Source of the DNA: Centroscyllium fabricii
Taxonomy: Eukaryota
Length of the DNA stretch: 64,000 nt
Direction of reading: 5' to 3'
NCBI GenBank assembly: GCA_051313645.2
Contig: JBNRSN020000015.1
Coordinates: forward strand, 60,946,001 to 61,010,000
Of the stretch, positions 50,177 to 61,204 are shown one piece after another. The notes under the pieces were generated by a model. That model saw nothing but the letters and a program-made list of their open reading frames with translations. It searched no databases and was not told the DNA's origin. Made by a program: the position numbers and the translations under genes. Each line of letters begins with the position of its first letter. Position 1 is the first letter of the stretch.

Positions 50177-50785
50177 TGGAAGCTGCACAAAGATGTGCTG
50201 TGTCTGATAAATTCATGGCAGAATTTCAAGAGAAAGTCTAAAGTTTTGCACTGAATAATGGTAAATGTTTATAAAGTAAATACATACATGTGAAGTACAT
50301 TTACCTATATTGTGTGAGTGCGTGTAAGGCATTTTGTACTTAGATTCATGCATGTGGGCCAAAACAGTGTCACTGGAGACATACCTGTGGCTAGTCAGTG
50401 ATTTCTATTCGACAACACTGATTCATAGTAATTTTTTGGATTAGCCGTTTCCATACAATTTACGATCATATATCCTTTATAAGATCAGCTCTCAGATGCC
50501 TCATTTACAGGCTGAAAATGCCAAACCTTTCCAGTCCTTCCTCATAACTCAGACCCCTGACACTAGCCCCGTGACTCTGTGTTGCCTCCATCACTTGAAT
50601 GTTTCCTTTCTTTCACATCCAAGTCCACATTTTCATGAGTATTTATGCATTTCGGTTATTAGAATATGAGCTGTATAGAGAAACTAAACACGAGCCAACA
50701 TTCCATCCTCATTACATGTTCACTGGCCAGAAACAACCCAAACTGCAGTAAGCGCTGAAGTAATGTATAGGTAATGTGAAGCTGA

Positions 50786-50926
<141 letters not shown>

Positions 50927-51291
50927 TGAATGCTATTAAGTTGTGTCCTGAATTCTCAGGGCTTCAGTAATATGTTGAATCCGTTGTAATTAACCATAGG
51001 TGTGTGCTTCATGAATGGTCTTGATATCTTGATAGTCCAGAGCCAGTTTTGCTTTACTCTGTAAACTAAATGATATTCACAAACTACGATCCCAGATTGT
51101 AATTTTAGCAATAAGGAGACAAAACAATTGTAATCAGTGAAACCTTGCCCCTACTCTCCCAAGCTCTTTGGGCTGAGCGCTTGTTTCCTGCCAGTGTTCA
51201 CTCTGCCCTCACGCCAAGCACTTTTATATGGTATCTTTATTCATTACACCTGTCTTTTGGATGAGATGTTAAATTGAGGCCTTGTCTGCCT

Positions 51292-54190
51292 TTACATTAC
51301 ATTGGATTACATTACATAGGATATACGGCACAGAAACAGGCCATTCGTCCCAACCAGTCTATGCCGGAATGTATGCTCCACTCGAGCCTCCTCCCCTCTT
51401 TCCTCATCTAAATCTATCAGCATAACCCTCTATTCCCTTCTCCCTCAGATGTTTGTCCAGCCTCCCCTTAAATGCATCTATACTTTTCGCTTCAACCACT
51501 CCCTGTGGTAGCGAGTTCCACATTCTTTCCACTCTTTGGGTAAAGATGTTTCTTCTGAATTCCCTGTTGGATTTCTTGGTGACTATCTTATATTAATGGC
51601 CTCTAGTTATGCTCTTCCCCACAAGTTGAAACTATGGGGGGGGATTTTTACAAAGGTGTGGGAAGCTGTCGGGTTTTGGGCGGGTCAGCTTTCTGTCCCG
51701 CCCACCCAAGGACCTGGGAGACCCGAACGATTTTGGCTCAAGTGGTCAATTAAATCCCCGTCGGTCTGCTCGGCTTGCAATACACACAATTGAGTCTGGA
51801 ATGCTGTGCTTTCCATTCACAGATTGAGTGGGGCGGGCTGTTGATTGACAGGCCTGAAGAGTTTCAGTATGTAAGAAACCACTAAGCCTGATTGACAGTT
51901 CTCAAGTGGTTCCTTTCTTTCAATGTTGACACAGCATTGAACTGTCAAAGCCCAAAGTACACATTGAAACCACAAAGCAAACAGTTCAAGAGGCTCACTA
52001 TTTGTTTGTTGTTTCAATGAAATGTAAACAGAAACTGATCCCCTGGGTGATTGACAGCCTAGCTCACACAGACACAGCTCCGCAGTGCCTTCTCTATGGC
52101 AGGGACGCAGAAGAAGGTTAGTGATTTCATGTTTTTGGGGCACTGCATTTTCCCACCCTTGGGTGGCAGCTGCACCTCCAGCATGGTGGAGGCTAGCAAG
52201 CTGCTGTGTGCCTACTGTGCCCATGCCTTGAAGGTGGCAGACACCCAGCCGATTGGGTGCCCGCCACATTTCAACGGCGGGGTTCCCACCAGGCGGCTTT
52301 TGGGTGGGAAGAGGGTAAAAATAGGATTAACCATCCAATTAAGGGCCCTCAACAAGCTCATTCTGTATCCCCACCGACGGCCGGCGGGAAACATTTGGGG
52401 CGGCAAAACTCGCCCGAGGAAACTGGCAAATGGGCGGGGATCCGACGGGGTGGCTTCCCGCCCACCGGAATTGCAATTTTACCCCCCGCCCCGCCGGAAA
52501 CCCGCACTCACGGCCCTCTGAAAATCCCCCCCATTCTCTCTGTATACACTCTATCAAAACCTTTCAGAATTTTGAAGACCTCTATAAGGTCACCCCTCAG
52601 CCTTCTTTATTCAAGAGAAAAGAGACCCAGCCTGTTCATCTTTTCCTGATATGTATTTCTGGTATCATCCTTGTAAATCTTCTCTGCACCCTCTCCAGTG
52701 CCTCTATATCCTTTTTATAATATGGTGACCTTTCGAAATCGATGCTGACTATTCATTATTATACTTTTTGTTTCTAGATGTTTTTCTATTCTCTCCTTTA
52801 GTAGGGATTCTATTATTTTTCCTACCAATGATGTTAAGCTGACTGGTGTATAATTCCCTGGGCATGTTTTATCCCCCTTCTTAAATATAGGTATTACGTT
52901 ATCTATCCGCCAGTCCTCTGGCACTACAGCTTTTTCTAACAAATTATTAAATATGTGTAGTGATGCCTCTGCTATCTCTTCCCTAGATTATTTTAAAATA
53001 CATGAATGCAATCCATCCAGACCAGGAGTTTTATCCTCTTTGAGTTTGATTCGTTTATTTAATATATCTCCTTTTTTATTTTAAATGCACTTAACTCATT
53101 ACTCATTTCATCATCCAATGTTATGTCCACCTGTTCCATCTCCTTGGTAAGTACCAAAGCGGAATAATGATTTAATATTTCTGCCATCTCCCTATCGTTA
53201 CCTGTGGTATTGTCCTGTCCATCCCTTAATGGCCCTATTCCCATACCAACCTTCCTTTTTTTTATTGATGTGCCTGTAAAATATTTTACTATTTTGTTTC
53301 ATGTTCCTTGATAATTTAATGTCATAGTTCCTCTTTGCCTTCCGTGCCTGTGAAATATTTTACTATTTTTATGTTCCTTGATAATTTAATTACTTAGTTC
53401 CTCTTTGCCTTCCTAATTGTTTTTTTGACTTCTCTCCTAACCTCTTCATATTCTCTCTTATCATGCACTTCTCTGCTGTCTATGTACTTAATGTATGCCT
53501 CTTTCCTTATCCGCAATTGTTTCCTTATGTGTTTATTTATTCATGGAGTCTCATTAGTGTTTCGTTTGTTCTTTCCTTTTAGCGGAATATATTTTTCCTG
53601 CACTCTGTTGAATATTGTTTTAAATGTTTCCCATTGTCGTTCTACATCGTTGTTTGCCAATATTGTTGGCCATTTTATCTTCCCAAGTTCTATTTTCAGC
53701 CCCTCAAAATCAACATTTCTCCAATCTATTAACTTGTTTTTTGTCATTCTTATGTCCTTCTCTATTGTCATCTTAAAGCATATTATATTATGGTCACTAT
53801 TGCCTGTATGTTCCCCTACTTTTACTTCTCTTACCTGCTCTGGCTCATTCCCCATATCTAGATCTAATAGTGAATCCTCTCTTGTTGGGCTTTTTACATA
53901 TTGGTTTAGAAAGAAGTCCTGTGGACATTGTAGGAACTCCATTCCCTTCACCCCTTTACCAATCTCTTCTGTCCAATTAATATTGGGGTAATTGAAATCC
54001 CCCATGATTATTATTCTATGTTTTTTACTCATTTTTCTAATTTGTCTGTATAGTTCTTCCCTCATCTCCCTTTCACTATTAGGTAGTCTGTAGGCTATGC
54101 CTATTAGTGTAATTGATACTTTATTCTCTTTTATCTCAATCCATATGGATTCTATTTTTGTCTTGCTAATATTTACGTCCCTTCTCAATT
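51292..54190 (-). mobile_element. Decayed CR1 LINE (3' end at ~51292, endonuclease at ~53540-54190, internal deletion), interrupted by a MITE
   Basis: IESIWIEI, IIMGDFNYPNINW, SDHN, NYTPVSLTS on minus strand; ~75-bp tandem duplication at ~53270-53413. Confidence 0.85.
51635..52532. mobile_element. Harbinger-type non-autonomous element (12048-13048 family)
   Basis: GGGGGGGATTTT / AAAATCCCCCCC TIRs; interior is the reverse-complement homologue of 12048-13048. Confidence 0.82.
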
Positions 54191-54194
54191 GAAC

Positions 54195-54465
54195 CGGAAA
54201 AGATCCCAAAGCACAATTCGCTGAATAGTTGGGGATTTTTCCCAGTGTTCTGGACAACATTTATTCCTCAACTGACATCTAAAAATAAATGATCTAGTCA
54301 TTTATTTATTTGCTATTTGTGGGTCCTTGCTGTGCGCAAATTGGCTGCTGTGTTTCCTACATTACAATAGTGACTACACTTCAAAAGTACTTCATTGGCT
54401 GTAAAGCACTTTGAGACATCCTAAAGTTGTGAATGGCGCTATATAAAGGCAAGTTCTTTCTTCTT
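54195..54465 (+). mobile_element. Deu-domain SINE (SacSINE1/AmnSINE-like) 3' part; 5' piece at ~51252-51291
   Basis: ttgctgtgcgcaaattggctgc...cttcaaaagtacttcattggctgtaaagcactttg...ggcgctatataaa tail; ggatgagatgttaaattgaggcc on the far side of the CR1; family from recall. Confidence 0.7.
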
Positions 54466-54531
54466 TGTTTCTATTTGTACATGAAAAAACATTGCTCTTT
54501 TTCTAACTTGTCCTTCTTTATGCTCCTCCAG

Positions 54532-54567
54532 CATTCCTGACAATGAACCCATGGAAGGCGAAGGCAG
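54532..54567 (+). CDS. ABCC8: ABCC8/SUR1 exon 17 equivalent micro-exon, (S)IPDNEPMEGEG(S)
   Basis: ttctaac branch motif, long pyrimidine tract, ccag acceptor, gtatgg donor; 36 bp, phase 2-2; resembles human SLPDSEIGEDPS. Confidence 0.85.
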
Positions 54568-55395
54568 GTATGGTCTCCAATTCTGTTTACTATACTTCAC
54601 TGCCCCAATTTCCTTCAGCTTTAGGTGCACAATTACAGGACAAGCTTAAAAAATGTTTTTCTTCAACTTCTCTTTATCAGACTCCGACTTGTTCATCACC
54701 ACATGCTGTTTATTTCCATGGATTGGTGGTTTATAAACAGATGGAGTTGTTTTTTTTCACTGTGTTCCTCTATAAATGATTTATCACTTCAGTTTAATGC
54801 TTGCTCGTGCCCTTGGTTCTGTAAGAAGAGGAGCGGTTGCTGGCAGTGTACAATCTGGACGACACTGAGGTGGTCCTGTCAAATGCTGTGATTTTTCTTT
54901 GAACATTCTGATATAATTCCAGCCTAGCAATTCTGCTCAACACTCTTGCCCCCACCCCCATTCATCTGAAACACCTCACTAAAGTTTAAGAACTGTCAGC
55001 TTCCCTTTATTTTGGTGTTTGAGTAATTGATGACCATTTAAAAATGTTAATGCAACTTTCCAAGATAAATTAGTTAAGTATGGGAAATTGATACTAACCT
55101 TTTGTATGTGTATCTAGATGGATTTTCAACAGGCTAAAGATAATTCTGTTGAATAGGATATCTTGTGAAATTAGGCTTGCATTAAAAAAAAAGATGTAAA
55201 TTTTCCATGTCTGCACTCCCAGTGCACATCACCTGTGACGTTTCATTCATTAAAATTAATGGTTGGAAAATCACATGCCGTGATGTGCAATTTCCCAATA
55301 TGTGCTGCAAGCATTTTGCTCTCTAATTCATATACTCAAGATTTTGCTCATTGTGCATCATTGTTTGGGAGAATGGAAATGGATAGAAAGATATG

Positions 55396-56223
55396 GGGCC
55401 AGAATTTCGGGTTTGCCGGTTGGTGGGGAACTAGGACCATGCGGATCCCGAACGAACCGCACCAACATCGGACTTTTTTTACTCCCAGCATTTTGGCTCG
55501 GCTCCGCCCCCTACCTGCGCAACATGGCAGTCCAGCCACGCTAGGAGCGCAGTGTATGCCCTGCCCACAGATCCCAAATTTAAATTTAAAAACGCCCACA
55601 GATCCCCAATTTAAATTTTAAAACGGCCATAGATCCCGAGTCGGACCTTTGTGAGAGCAGGGACGTGAGGCGCTGCACTCACAGACTCGGCAGTGAGCAG
55701 CGCGGCCAGACCAGCTTTTGACCGAAGGTAAGTCAGCGATTTTTTTCTCTTACTTTTTTAACTTCACTAAATTAGTTAAAAATTTCAGAACTCTAAATTT
55801 TAAAATTAGCGATTTGGAATAGGTATAGCAATTGAAAATCGGATTTGTAATTAAAAAAATAATAATTTAACATCCAAATTTAATGATACCGATCTGGCCA
55901 CATTACTCCCAAAAACTGTTAAAACTTAAAATTAAAGGTAAAAAAGTAACTTACCTTGTTTAAGAACGTTTTTCTCTCCCTCACGCACGAGTTACTGCAA
56001 CTTTTCTGAAGTGCATCTCAAGGCTCCGTTGCCCACGGAATCACGCAGCAAATTGACCCTTTTGCACGGGAAATCTTGAGTGCAACTCACTCCTGCGTTT
56101 GATGCTGAGGGCCCTTCTCCCTCAGCATCGGAAATCTCGGATCCGTGGGCATCTCCCGTGCGTTCATCGCACGGGGCATTTCGTCCGTGGGCATCTGGTT
56201 TGAGGCACCCGAAATTCTGGCCC
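55396..56223. mobile_element. Harbinger-type MITE with perfect 17-bp TIRs and ATG TSD
   Basis: GGGCCAGAATTTCGGGT / ACCCGAAATTCTGGCCC; atg on both flanks. Confidence 0.92.
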
Positions 56224-57580
56224 ATGGTAATGCATTGAGCATAATATGGGATGAAGACCAACAGATATAACCTTACATTTGTATCTGTTGTAGTTAAAAT
56301 GAAGTAAACTAAGATTTCTTACATAGAATTATATCAAATTTACAGCACAGAATTAACTTCTTTGTGTGCCATTCGGCCGTCTATGCTGGTGTTTATGTGC
56401 CACATGAGCCTCATCCAGGTCCATTTGTTTCATCCCATTTGTTTCATCTCACCCTATCATCATAGCCTTCCATTCTTTTCTCCCTCATGTACTTATCTAG
56501 CTTCCCTTTAAATGCATCTATGCTATTCACCTCCATCACTCCACATGGTAGCAAGTTCCACTTTCGCACGACTCTTGTTAACACAAGTTCATAAAAATTA
56601 CTCTTAATTCTACCTATTGCAGCATACTAACTGGGAACTTTGTTGTAAAACATGTCACCATAAAATAAATTGGGACGGTCTAATTTTAAGGAGTTCAATT
56701 ATATTGTACTGAGAGGTTTATTATTTCAAAGGATGAGCTTCCATTGACTGATTTTATAAACTGAGCGGTAGGTTTGGAACAGATCAGTTGAAGCAGATGA
56801 ATTCATTTCATAATACAGCATTTTATCTGTAAGACCTTTAATACTTTAATCTTAAAATCACTATAACGTGTTCCACCCAGTGTTCTTGCAAACCTCAAAT
56901 GATTATTTCAATTTGAGCTTAGGACATGTTAACAGTACTCTTCCTCCAACCCTCCCCAAAAGAAAATGGCAGATACTGAAGAATGTTAGCAAAATGGTCT
57001 AATGAATGCTGTAATGTGTATTTAAAACACAACTTTTCAATATTTTACAACTGCAGCACCAAATCCCCTCCCTCTCGATAAAACACTCTGGAACAGCACT
57101 GCCGCTGGTGTGAAGCTGGAGTATGGGCTGCATGTTTGAGGGATAACAAGAGAAACTGCAAATGCTCGAATTCTGCAATAAAAGCAGTAGAAGCTTGAAA
57201 TGGTCAGCAATTCAGTCAGCATCTGAAATAGAAACATTGGTTAATGTTTAAATGGGACCCTTTGTCAATTTATTTTCCAAAACAGAGGGGTGGGGAGAAC
57301 AACAAGTGATGAGTACAATTATACTAATTTCTTTTACAAAGAGGCAACTAATGTGTTTGACTGTCTGTAAAAAGATTGGAAAGGTGTGTAATGAACTGCA
57401 CATTTATCCGAAAGCTATCCTCATTCTGTTGAAGGGTGCAGATTCTGACTGGATTGCTATGTATTTCCTGCATTTTCTGTTTGTATTTATGCATTTAGGA
57501 GGATTTAACTGAAGTAATAAATGCTTCACTGTCCTAAAGAGACATAATGCTTTGTCCTCTTTTTGTTTAAAATATTGCAG

Positions 57581-57619
57581 CAGTACCGAGGAGGACACGG
57601 CTGTTGATGTTGAAGTGAG
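57581..57619 (+). CDS. ABCC8: ABCC8/SUR1 exon 18 equivalent micro-exon, (S)[S]TEEDTAVDVEV(R); alternative start 57584
   Basis: ttgCAGCAG tandem acceptor, gtatat donor; 39 or 36 bp, phase 2-2; resembles human PERETATDLDIR. Confidence 0.8.
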
Positions 57620-57736
57620 GTATATCAAGTCGTTCTTTCCCAATCACTGGAAAGCTATTCAATTGCCCAAATTCCTCCTAATGTTACTTCACGATTTCAG
57701 ATATTAGCAGACTGTGTTGGGTGTGTCTCCTGGGTT

Positions 57737-58110
57737 TAGGGTTGCCAACTCTCTGGGATTGTCCTGGAGTCTCCAGGAATTGAAGATTAAACTCCAGGAC
57801 ACTGCTATGAGCAAACCCAGGAGAAAAATCATAGGGACATTAAAAAAATATTGTTTGTGATTTTTAAAATTTTCTTTGAACATTTATTAGTTTAAAAAAT
57901 ATTGGAGACGGGATAAAAAAAAGGCTATTTGACTGAGAGTCAAGTGTCATCCAATTGGGTAATTAAGAGTCTGTTTGCTTTCCATTTGGTGTGGGAAGAC
58001 AGTGTGCTGCAAGGATGCACATGTCGGGCGACCAATGACGGAAGAGTTGGAGGCTGGATGACATGTGATGAAACCTCCCGGAATACATCCTACTAAAGTT
58101 GGCGACCCTA
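57737..58110. mobile_element. Non-autonomous hAT (Blackjack-like) element
   Basis: TAGGGTTGCCAAC / GTTGGCGACCCTA TIRs; 8-bp flanks cctgggtt/cctggact (6/8). Confidence 0.78.
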
Positions 58111-58314
58111 CCTGGACTGCACTTACTCTCTGACATATCTTTGCATCCTTTGTCTACTTGCCTGTCATTAATACTTTTGTTGCAGTACTTCACTGGCCCT
58201 TATCTGTGTTCCGTGTAAAGATTAATTCTTAACATTCATTTTAGCTTTTTTGTGCGCTGTGCCGCACTGCTGTGTTTTGTTGTGTATTAAACAAATATAT
58301 ATATTTTTTTATTA

Positions 58315-58707
58315 TATAGAAGATAGGAGCAGGAGTGGGCCATTCGGCCCTTCGAGCCTGCTCCGCCATTCAATGAGATCATGGCTGATCATCCAAACCC
58401 AGTACCCTGTCCCTGCCTTGTCCCCATGTCCCTTGACCCCTATCGAGCCTGTATCGACACATATCCCACCCTATCCCCGTAATCCCACATATTCAATCCC
58501 CCTAACACTGAGGGTCAATTTATCCTGGCCAATCAACCTAACCTGCACATCTTTGGACTGTGGGAGGAAACCGGAGCACCCGGAGGAAACCCACGCAGAC
58601 ACAGGGAGAATGTGCAAACTCCACACAGATAGTACCCGAGGCTGGATTTGAACCCGTGTCTCTAGTGCTGTAAGGCAACAGTGCTAACCACTGGCACCGT
58701 GCCGCCC
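58315..58707 (-). mobile_element. Full-length HE1-like V-SINE, type B tail
   Basis: Highly similar to 30332-30730. Confidence 0.95.
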
Positions 58708-59361
58708 TTTGTAAATATTTGTAAATTGTTTTTTGAAGTTTAGGTTCTGCAGTGTCACAAGCAGATTACTACACTTGGGAGCTATAATTATAGGCCAGTG
58801 AAACAAACACCTTTCAAAACAACCTGATTAATATTTTGCATTGTAGCTTTATTTTTTCCCGCAATATCTTTGCTTCAACAGCAAGTCTCGATAGCTTTTT
58901 CTGTGCAATTTCATTTGAACCCAAGTCTAAAAGTGCAGAAGAATTAGATTAAAACAAGCACATGTACACATTCTTAAAATGACAAAGGTATGTGAGGCAT
59001 CTGGTTAAATGAATATATCATCAGCTTCCTCATGCCGCTGAGTTCTGTAAGTCCTCCCAGGAAGTGCAAATCCTTTCTGTAAAATAATGGTCCAGAATTT
59101 GCGGTCAGCGGCAAAGCCACTGGCCCCAAAATAAGCTTTGCATAAAGATCTCGCAAGATCTGTATCGATAATTTCAGGTTTTCCAACGCGTGGTTGAAAT
59201 CAATGGAAGTTAATGGGGGTTCCCAGCAAAGAGCTGCTGTGACATCAACAAGCTGTCTAAGCAGCCAATCAAAATGTAGAATTCTCACAGGCAGCGAACC
59301 AGGAATTGGATAAGCTCCTAAAATTCTAACTTTTTAGTAATGTTAGAGAGAACAAAACAAA

Positions 59362-61112
59362 GGGCAGGATTTTTCCAACCTCAGTGGGTTCGGGGCGGGC
59401 AACATCAGTGATGTGTGGGGACCTCGCCTCTGTCTCAATCCTGGCCCCTAACAAGATTTTACGATGATGGGGCTTGTTAATGCAAGGTTCCTGGCCAATT
59501 AAGAGGAAGCGGGCCTGATGATGTCATTTGATGACGCATCATCAGCCGGTTTCCTTAAAGGGACCATATCCACATTGATTTTGGCAGTTCTGCTATCATT
59601 GTTCTGCGGCATTGAGGTGCTGCAAACACTGATGAGCACAGCACAAAGGTGTACAGCTGCATCCCGACTCTCCCATGACTCCCTGGAGGGAGTCACAGCA
59701 CGCAGGGAGGTTCTCTTCGCTTCCAATGGGCAGAAGACACCTCCCCAGGACACCAATGCAGCCCGGTTGCATATTGCACAGGAGGGCACAAGCAGGGATG
59801 TCATCGGGAGGACCAGGCTGCAGTGGCGAAGACCTTTCAATGATCTTAGTAGATCACACATGTTGCTGCAAAGCCACAGTCAACCTCATCCTGCTGTGCC
59901 ACTCATCACATCCCCATCACTCTGCCTTCCCTACCCTACTCCAGCACATCCTTACTCACACTAACTTACCTTGCACCTCCACCTATCCCGCTCTATCTAT
60001 ATTATCACTTCTCCATCTCAGTATCCACCCCTCACATTCACCTTCATCCTAGTCCAATCATACCAACTAACAACACACAAGGGTAGGCACTTAGCTGATT
60101 TAGCCAATGTTTGTAAACTTTCTGTTAATGTGCTGTCAAGCATTGAAATCCTTGTCACCATTTTGCATTTTTGGACAGATTTGTGTGCACCTTTGCAAGT
60201 GTCCTGGTGAGTTCCAGTGAATGGTGAGACATAACGTCCCCCGCCCCCACCCCAAATAGTGATGAGTGTGACAGGAATGGCTTGAACATTGTAGGGATGT
60301 TTTATGATGCTGGTGTGGGGTGGTGCCAACCTGGTGCATCATGTGGCAGCCAGGGTGTTCAGTGTTAAGTGAAGCAAATCTGGACATGGTGAGGCCATCG
60401 CTGGTGGCCCAGGCAGCAATATGCATGGGTGATGAAGTCTTGTGTCCAGTGCAGCATCAGTTGATTGCGGAGAAGGCTGGTGTGGATGTTGGTGCTGCTG
60501 GTGTGCCCGGTGATGCTGGTGTTATGACTGATCATGTTGGAATTCTGAAGACCAAGGTGCGATTTTTTCAAGGGCACTGATGCTGATGGAATAGATGGCA
60601 GGTGTGGTTGAGATGACAGAAGTAATCTGTCAATGTTGAGATAGGTTGTTCCTAGGAAGTGACAGTGGATAGAGAGATTACTCCAAACACCTCAAGTGCA
60701 TAAAGCTCAAAAGTGGGTTCCAAATACTGAAGGCTGAAGCTTCTGAGATTGGAAAGTGACCAGCTGTAAAATGGTAGCTTTTATACCACTTTTGCAGCTG
60801 TCACCTAATTAAAGAAATGGAGAGTTGTTCAGAACCCGACACACTTACCTGGTGTGATCCCCGAGCGACGGGAACCTCATGGAAAACTTGAGAAAATGCT
60901 TTATACCTGGTAAAATGGTGATTAAATTGCTTTAAACACCCTCTTAACTAGCACAATTGAATGAGCCACCGCTTAGTGCCGGGTCAGCAAAGCGCAGGCA
61001 GAGCCGACACTAGGGAAACTCACAAGGAGGCAGATTTAGAGCGGGATCTTTTGGATTTTGACAGTGGACGCATCTCTGAACCTGCTCTCTGAGTGCCGGC
61101 AAAATTCAGCCC
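59362..61112 (+). mobile_element. PIF/Harbinger deletion derivative with Myb/SANT-like remnant, nested in another MITE
   Basis: GGGCAGGATTTT / AAAATTCAGCCC TIRs; aaa on both flanks; ARREVLFASNG...GRTRLQWRRPFNDLSRS at ~59640-59860. Confidence 0.8.
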
Positions 61113-61204
61113 AAAGATTGGGGCTCTCACATGGGGAAAAGGCAAATCTGAAATAAAGGTGAACAAACAACATTTTTTTTCAAAGTTCCTTAAAAATGTA
61201 AAGT

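Larger units (their letters stand above)
49164..50420. mobile_element. hAT-Charlie-like non-autonomous element hosting two SINEs
   Basis: CAGTATTGTCCAATA / TATTCGACAACACTG TIRs; 8-bp TSD atttatag/attcatag; tagccactagccacatgtggcta subterminal motif. Confidence 0.8.

Noticed and set aside
53270-53413. ~75-bp tandem duplication
   Set aside because: Ordinary slippage duplication inside a dead CR1
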